Notes under the pieces: model-generated
What the model was told of the DNA's origin: nothing
The model's input: only the letters and a program-made list of their open reading frames with translations
Databases searched by the model: none
Source of the DNA: an uncultured bacterium
Lineage (GTDB): Bacteria; Chlamydiota; Chlamydiia; Chlamydiales; SM23-39
Length of the DNA stretch: 64,000 nucleotides
Assembly (NCBI GenBank): GCA_963716985.1
Contig: OY970323.1
Location: forward strand, 1,664,001-1,728,000
Direction: 5' to 3'
In this document: in pieces, positions 58,866-64,000 of the stretch
How positions within the stretch are numbered: the first letter of the stretch is position 1
Layout: each line of letters opens with the position of its first letter
Position numbers and translations under genes: made by a program

Positions 58866-60404
58866 ATGAAAACAACACAAATTCTAGATCCTGCACAACT
58901 TCAAAACCAGATCGAAATTCTGCGAGTTGAAAATCTCGATTTGTGCAATACAGTGGCTTATCTCACACAACAACTCGACTGGTTCAAGCGCCAAATCTTC
59001 GGTAAAAAATCAGAGCGCATTATCTCAGATCTCAATGGAGAACAGCTACTGCTTGAAGGTCTCGATGCAAAAGATCTGCAGAGCAAAGAAGAAACTCAAA
59101 CAGTCCCTGCTCATCAACGTCGTAAACCTAAGCGCAATGGCCAAGATGCGATCACTTTGGATCCCAACCTTCCCGTTAAAACCATTGTTCTCGATGTTCC
59201 CGAAGAGCAAAAAGTCTGTCAGGAAACAGGAACTCCTCTCGTCAAGATCGGTGAAGAGGTTACTCACAAATTAGCTCACGAGCCGGGGAGCTATTATATC
59301 AAAGAAACCATCCGTCCCAAATATGCCCACCCTCAAAAACCTGAAGACGGCGTTCTGACAGCCTTGTTACCCGACAGCATACTCTCTAAATGCCAAGCTG
59401 ATGACAGTCTTCTCGCAGAAATTGTTACCCAAAAATTCGTTGATCATCTCCCTCTGTATCGCATCACCGAAATACTGGGTCGTCAAGGGGTTGGCATCAG
59501 CCGTAAGCTTCTCTCCCAATGGGTGATTCGCTGCGGTATGGCTCTCAAACCCCTCTATGAAGTCATGGTTTGCCAGATTCTTGAGAGCGAAAATGTTTTC
59601 ATCGATGAAAGCCCAGTCAAATTACAAGCAAAAGACCAGTGCGATACAGCCTATATGTGGGTGATTGTCGGAGGAATCTCTTCAAATCCTGCCTACAGGG
59701 TCTATGATTTTCGAACGAACCGCCGTCATGAGAACGTCCTCGATATTCTTCAGGGATATCGCGGGTTTTTGCACTCAGATAAATATGGCGCCTACCAACG
59801 GTTGGCCGAGAAGAAGGTGATCACATGGTGTCCTTGTTGGAGCCATATTCGAAGAAAATTCTTCGATGCTGAATCGGGAGATTTACCATTTCGCGATTGG
59901 GTTCTTCGAAAAATCCGATATCTCTTCATGTTGGAGAAAGTCGCCTGGGCCCGGACACCTGAAGAGCGCCTGCAGATCCGCCAAGAAAAAGAAATTCCAA
60001 TTATCGATGAGTTGATCGAGAAGATCAAAACACGACTTATGGACGGGAAGCTCTTGCCCAAATCAAAATTTCGCGAGGCGCTTGGGTATTTTTGCGGCCT
60101 GATTCCCTATTTAAAAAATTACACCAAGCACGCTTTTGCTCGTCTTGATAATAATGTAGCCGAAAGGGCCGTTCGTCCTCTCGCTATTGGCCGAAAAAAC
60201 TGGCTCTTTTTCGGGAGTGAAGATGGCGGCGAAGCCGCTGCAATTTTACTCTCATTAGTACAAACTTGCCGAGGGTTGCAGATAAATCCAAGAGAATATC
60301 TAGAAGATGTGTTCCGGAGACAGATAGGGCACGCCGCTCAGAAGCTCGAGGAACTCTTGCCTGATCGATGGTTTGCCGCTCGTCAACAGTCGAAAAAGCA
60401 ATAG
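58866..60404 (+). CDS. tnpC: IS66 DDE transposase TnpC
   Basis: FGKKSER, KFVDHLPLYR, IDES, LHSDKY, CWSHIRRKF, DNNVAERAVRP.AIGRKNWLFFGS, ELLP. Confidence 0.95.
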   Translation: MKTTQILDPAQLQNQIEILRVENLDLCNTVAYLTQQLDWFKRQIFGKKSERIISDLNGEQLLLEGLDAKDLQSKEETQTVPAHQRRKPKRNGQDAITLDPNLPVKTIVLDVPEEQKVCQETGTPLVKIGEEVTHKLAHEPGSYYIKETIRPKYAHPQKPEDGVLTALLPDSILSKCQADDSLLAEIVTQKFVDHLPLYRITEILGRQGVGISRKLLSQWVIRCGMALKPLYEVMVCQILESENVFIDESPVKLQAKDQCDTAYMWVIVGGISSNPAYRVYDFRTNRRHENVLDILQGYRGFLHSDKYGAYQRLAEKKVITWCPCWSHIRRKFFDAESGDLPFRDWVLRKIRYLFMLEKVAWARTPEERLQIRQEKEIPIIDELIEKIKTRLMDGKLLPKSKFREALGYFCGLIPYLKNYTKHAFARLDNNVAERAVRPLAIGRKNWLFFGSEDGGEAAAILLSLVQTCRGLQINPREYLEDVFRRQIGHAAQKLEELLPDRWFAARQQSKKQ

Positions 60405-60466
60405 CTGATCTTCAATGATCAGCTATTGGCTCTATTCATCTTTTCAATCCTGGCTTTTCACAACTA

Positions 60467-60775
60467 CTAACATTGGGTTTTTCGCAGTGCTGATAAGCAA
60501 TTTTTCAAGATGGCAAGATCGAAGCATTCATCGAGATGAATGCGAACGCCCCGATATTCGATGGAGACTCCGGGTGTCGTAGGTGCATTAGGTTTCTTGC
60601 AAGACGATCGGCGTATCGAAGTTTTTGAGGAAAGGCAATCTTTCCAATAAACAAATGTACTATGAGCAATTTGATGTTTTCGACACCAGCTTGTAGCATT
60701 AAGACCGCTGTTTCTTTGTTGGCGAATGTTTTCTGTCCATTCGGCTAGTTTTTCTGATGAAATAGGTTCGAACAT
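60467..60775 (-). CDS. Second, inverted IS66 TnpA-like gene
   Basis: W...IRQQRNSGL....WCRKHQI..STF.YW...PGVSIEY.G; aligns with 58175-58489. Confidence 0.8.
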   Translation of the reverse strand: MFEPISSEKLAEWTENIRQQRNSGLNATSWCRKHQIAHSTFVYWKDCLSSKTSIRRSSCKKPNAPTTPGVSIEYRGVRIHLDECFDLAILKNCLSALRKTQC

Positions 60776-60852
60776 AGAGACTCCTTGGTTTAAAAAGACA
60801 AAGAGTGCCATGACTCAGAAATAGGAAAAAGATGGGTAGATTAGACGGTTAC

Positions 60853-61444
60853 GTGTACGTAACGTTTCAATATCCCCAAGACGCCTATTTTTTAAACATT
60901 GACGCGTCATTGAGCTAAGTTCATTCTCCGATATATTTAGCCAACTCCCATGTTTTGGCGTATAACGAAATTCAAGTCGCTTAACGATTTCACGCGCTTT
61001 TTCAACGGGAAATGCTTCATAAAATGCACCTCGTGTATGAGTGTTCAAATTATCACAAACAAGAATGACTTTTTTTGCATCGACGTACTTTGTTCGCAGT
61101 AGTTCGTCCATCTCAAACGCCCAATCAATTTTTGTGCGCTGAGGACGAATAGCGACTTTTCTCCATCCGGACAATGGTTCAACAAACATAAAAATACAAG
61201 CCGTTCCCGCCCGCTCATATTCATAGTCTGTGCGTTGAGAATGATTTTTGGTTGCTGCAATCGAAGGCCGTGTTTCCTTCAATAACTGAACGGGTTGTTC
61301 ATCCATACACACCACTGGTATAGATTCGTTATAAGGCATGGCATAAGTATCCAACACATCCTCCATGGCCGCAACGAATTCACTGTCAGATTCAGGTGGA
61401 ATTACCCAATACTGAATTTTGCGTTTGGTCATCCCGTTTTTTTT
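60853..61444 (-). pseudogene. IS630 transposase orfB (DDE), interrupted by IS66
   Basis: VCMDEQP, DYEYERAG, VCDNLNTH, TPKHGSWLN.SE.E; A8 slippery run at 61437-61444 links orfA to orfB by -1 shift. Confidence 0.88.
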
Positions 61445-62067
61445 AATGTACGTCGCACTGTTTCATAACTAATTGCATCAACAATTTCAAGCTCTACCAA
61501 TTGCTCGGCCAAAAGTCGCAATGACCAACTTCCAAATCCATCCGGTGCTGAACCTAAGCGCATCGCAATCAGTTTGGCCTCTTGCTCTCCACTGAGCAGC
61601 TTCTTGCGTGGTGGGTCCTTTCGTTTCTTTCCATTAACCTAAAAACGGCAGTTGAACCGCTCCGCATGACCTGAAAATTGTAAATTTCTCTCTCAGAAAT
61701 AAATTCTATCTTGAACTTTCACGCCCACCCAATAGGTGAGTGGATAAATTTGAGCAATAACATTGATTTTTAGAGGAGAATCGCGAAAGTTTTGATTGTG
61801 CGGAGCGGTTCAACTGCCGTTTTTAGGATTAAGGGCGGTCTCAAAACCCTCTGTTACTAAACATTCACGAGTGTTCTCAACCGTTTGTCTACGGCAACAA
61901 AATGCATCGGCAATTTTTTGATCAGTCCAATTTGGACCATCTATATCGGCCTTCAATAAAACTTGTGCTCGACGAACTCTTTGCGATGTTCCTTTGAATT
62001 TTTTGACCACCTCTTCGAGTATGTTTCGTTCTTCTACCGAAAGGCGTACGATGTATTTTTTCTTCAT
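61429..62067 (-). pseudogene. IS630 orfA (HTH), interrupted by MITE
   Basis: MKKKYIVRLS..RRAQVLLKAD..., resuming GKKRKDPPRKKLLSGEQEAKLIA..WSLRLLA..ISYETVRRTLKK after the MITE. Confidence 0.88.
61638..61827. mobile_element. 190-bp MITE with perfect 29-bp TIRs
   Basis: CCTAAAAACGGCAGTTGAACCGCTCCGCA and its exact reverse complement; ATTAA duplicated at 61633-61637 and 61828-61832. Confidence 0.93.
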
Positions 62068-62474
62068 AATGACAACCTCTTATACCTGTAAAATTGCATA
62101 AGACGTTATCAAAATTTTCAATACTTATAATCCTAAATTTTAATTATGACAGAGCACTACCGTGTTTTTAAGATACCCACAGCAATTGGTGGCTTTTCCA
62201 CATAAATAGTCTTCGAGATAATCTAGCGATTTTTTTTCTGCTTTGCCCCAAGTAATCTCTCCTATTGTCATAAGAACTCCTTGCAAAGTGAAATTGATTT
62301 TTTTTGAAAAAGCATTTATCAATTTGAGAATATTTGCAATTCAAAATTTGGGAAAAAAGGCGACATTACAACTTTGCGCCTACACTTCTTAATTTTTTCT
62401 TTACATCAAGACATCGGCGCTTTAGTATTTTTTGCAGATTTTTATCAGAATAATTTTTTTTGGAGGTTTTTTTT

Positions 62475-62909
62475 ATGCTTTCACATATATCACCATCTCC
62501 CGCCTCTCAGCATCTCTTTGCGACGGGAAGCCTTTCCGAAGTGGGACACACTTTCATGAAAGTTGTCCAAAAAGCTGTAGAGATTTTTTCAATCATCGCA
62601 AAGGATATTTGGAGCGTTTCGTGCAGAGCCGTTTCTTTGTTCTTCCATTGGATTGCCGTTGGGTTTTCCTATGTTAGACAATGGTCTATGATCGGCTGGA
62701 AACACTCTTCTGCTTTTGCTGTAAAAGCTTTCTGGTCTTCCGTTCATGCCAGCCATATCGGCCTTACCTATCTGAAAGACTTTGTTCGCATCTACCGCAC
62801 CGAGATCACTTTTACGGGCATCGGAGTTGTTGCCACAATCATCCTGACAAATCTTTTCGGACTTTTGCCCGATGATGCGGCTCGCTTCAAAACCAAAAAA
62901 GCTACTTAA
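62475..62909 (+). CDS. Hypothetical protein with C-terminal TM segment
   Basis: ORF after GGAGG, followed by the hairpin GCAACAAGG..CCTTGTTGCTTTT (62950-62982). Confidence 0.65.
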   Translation: MLSHISPSPASQHLFATGSLSEVGHTFMKVVQKAVEIFSIIAKDIWSVSCRAVSLFFHWIAVGFSYVRQWSMIGWKHSSAFAVKAFWSSVHASHIGLTYLKDFVRIYRTEITFTGIGVVATIILTNLFGLLPDDAARFKTKKAT

Positions 62910-63089
62910 GAGAAGTGGCGACTTTCAATAATTTTATATTCATAACTAGGCAACAAGGCCTTGAACGACCTTGTTGCTTTTTCAGAAAAACCCGTCTTTT
63001 CCAAACATTTGCTTTGACTATAATACCCTCCTAGCGATAAAAGTGAAATTTAGCGTATTATTTACTTTGACCTCAAAGGAGAATGAGTC

Positions 63090-63347
63090 ATGATAAAACA
63101 AAAACAATCCAAATTCATGCAGCCAATGAAAGTCAGCGAAGAGTTGGCAGCAATTGTTGGCAAAGGCCCTATGCCACGAACAGAAGTTACAAAAAAATTA
63201 TGGGCCTATATCAAATCCCACAACCTCCAAGACAAAAAAAATAAGAGAAACATCAATCCGGATGAAAAGCTCGCAAAAGTTTTTGGCGGAAAAAGTTCGA
63301 TTAACATGTTTGAAATGACAAAGAAAGTCAATAAACACCTTTCCTAA
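63090..63347 (+). CDS. Stand-alone SWIB/MDM2-domain protein
   Basis: SEELAAIVG...PRTEVTKKLWAYIK.HNLQD..NKRNI.PDEKL..VFG....MFEM.K....HL. Confidence 0.93.
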   Translation: MIKQKQSKFMQPMKVSEELAAIVGKGPMPRTEVTKKLWAYIKSHNLQDKKNKRNINPDEKLAKVFGGKSSINMFEMTKKVNKHLS

Positions 63348-63366
63348 GTTATCAAAAAAGTTTTTT

Positions 63367-63405
63367 AAAAAAACCCAAAACAAATCCTTGTTTTTGGGTT
63401 TTTTT
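63367..63405 (+). terminator. Intrinsic terminator after the SWIB gene
   Basis: AAAAAAACCCAAAACAA...TTGTTTTTGGGTTTTTTT. Confidence 0.75.
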
Positions 63406-63450
63406 ATTTGTTAAAATGTCCCATCTTTTAATCATTCTTAAAAAAAAATT

Positions 63451-64000
63451 ATGACGACCCAAATCCCATTCGTTTCGCTCATTCTTCTCGGCGGCGGGAA
63501 GGGAAGCCGCATGGGATCACTCTCCCCAAAGCAGTTTCTCCCTCTTAAGGGAAAACCCTTGTTTCTGCACAGTTTTGAGTCGTTTCAAAAACTATCTTTC
63601 CTCTCGGAAATCATCATCGTCTGCCCAAAGGAGCACCGCTCTCTCTTTTCCCCTGGAAAACAAGAGCTGCTATTCGCAGAGCCCGGCGAAAGAAGACAGG
63701 ACTCTCTTTTTCGCGGCGCGCACAAGCTCTCTCCTCTTTCCCAAATAACTTTCATCCATGATGCGGCACGCCCCTTTGTCGAAGAAAAAGCCCTTTTAGA
63801 CCTGTTGGCCGAGGCAGAGGAAAACGGAGCCGCAACACTCGCCCTGCCCGTCACCTATACAATCAAAGAGTGCACCCTTGAGAGAGACGTTGTAAAAACT
63901 CTGAAAAGGGAAAACCTTTGGGAAATCCAAACCCCGCAGGCCATCAAAACCGCTCTTTTAAAAGAGGCGATTGTTTCTGCTCAAAAAAACCAGTGGGACG
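63451..64000 (+). CDS. ispD: 2-C-methyl-D-erythritol 4-phosphate cytidylyltransferase (partial at window edge)
   Basis: Manual translation: ILLGGGKGSRMG...PKQFL, GERRQDS, IHDAARP, IQTPQ. Confidence 0.92.
   Translation, partial: MTTQIPFVSLILLGGGKGSRMGSLSPKQFLPLKGKPLFLHSFESFQKLSFLSEIIIVCPKEHRSLFSPGKQELLFAEPGERRQDSLFRGAHKLSPLSQITFIHDAARPFVEEKALLDLLAEAEENGAATLALPVTYTIKECTLERDVVKTLKRENLWEIQTPQAIKTALLKEAIVSAQKNQWD

Larger units (their letters stand above)
58099..60852 (+). mobile_element. IS66-family element
   Basis: TIRs GTAAGCGTCTAATCTAGCCATC / GATGGGTAGATTAGACGGTTAC; direct repeat GTGTACG at 58092-58098 and 60853-60859. Confidence 0.93.
57968..62157 (-). mobile_element. IS630-family element carrying two nested insertions
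   Basis: TIRs GTGCTCTGTCA / TGACAGAGCAC, each flanked by TA; orfA 62067-61429 and orfB continuing to 57976. Confidence 0.9.

Noticed and set aside
1..64000. Numerous 60-240 aa antisense or alternate-frame ORFs in the track (e.g. 9128-9844, 12756-13460, 24238-24861, 56203-56853)
   Set aside because: They are shadows of well-supported genes and have no independent motifs.

Overview
This 64 kb window looks like an environmental Chlamydiae (Chlamydiota) chromosome segment. That call is inferred from a plant-type G3P acyltransferase, MOMP/Lpg1974-like porins, a stand-alone SWIB protein, Inc-like ORFs and the chlamydia-like order glgA/pgsA/GlyRS/dnaG/mutS/uvrC/rpsN/rpmJ/rpmH/rnpA and rpmF/plsX/rng/plsB/ptr. 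Most of it is housekeeping, including tRNA-Gln and a frameshifting prfB. The most notable feature is a 348-bp ORF-less IS200/IS605-type element (5670-6017, minus strand) carrying an apparently complete HEARO/omega-RNA (IscB guide scaffold) plus an intrinsic terminator. It is inserted exactly between the Shine-Dalgarno sequence and the ATG of rpsF, so its predicted guide is the rpsF ribosome-binding region and its TAM is the rpsF start codon. Other accessory features are an IS1634 splitting a 1032-aa autotransporter (with an inverted second IS end upstream), a 33-bp-period palindromic array, three tandem porin paralogues, two MITE families and a nested IS stack (DUF6399-like > IS630 > IS66 + MITE) at 57.3-62.2 kb. 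All family assignments come from motif recognition by eye; no database searches were run.
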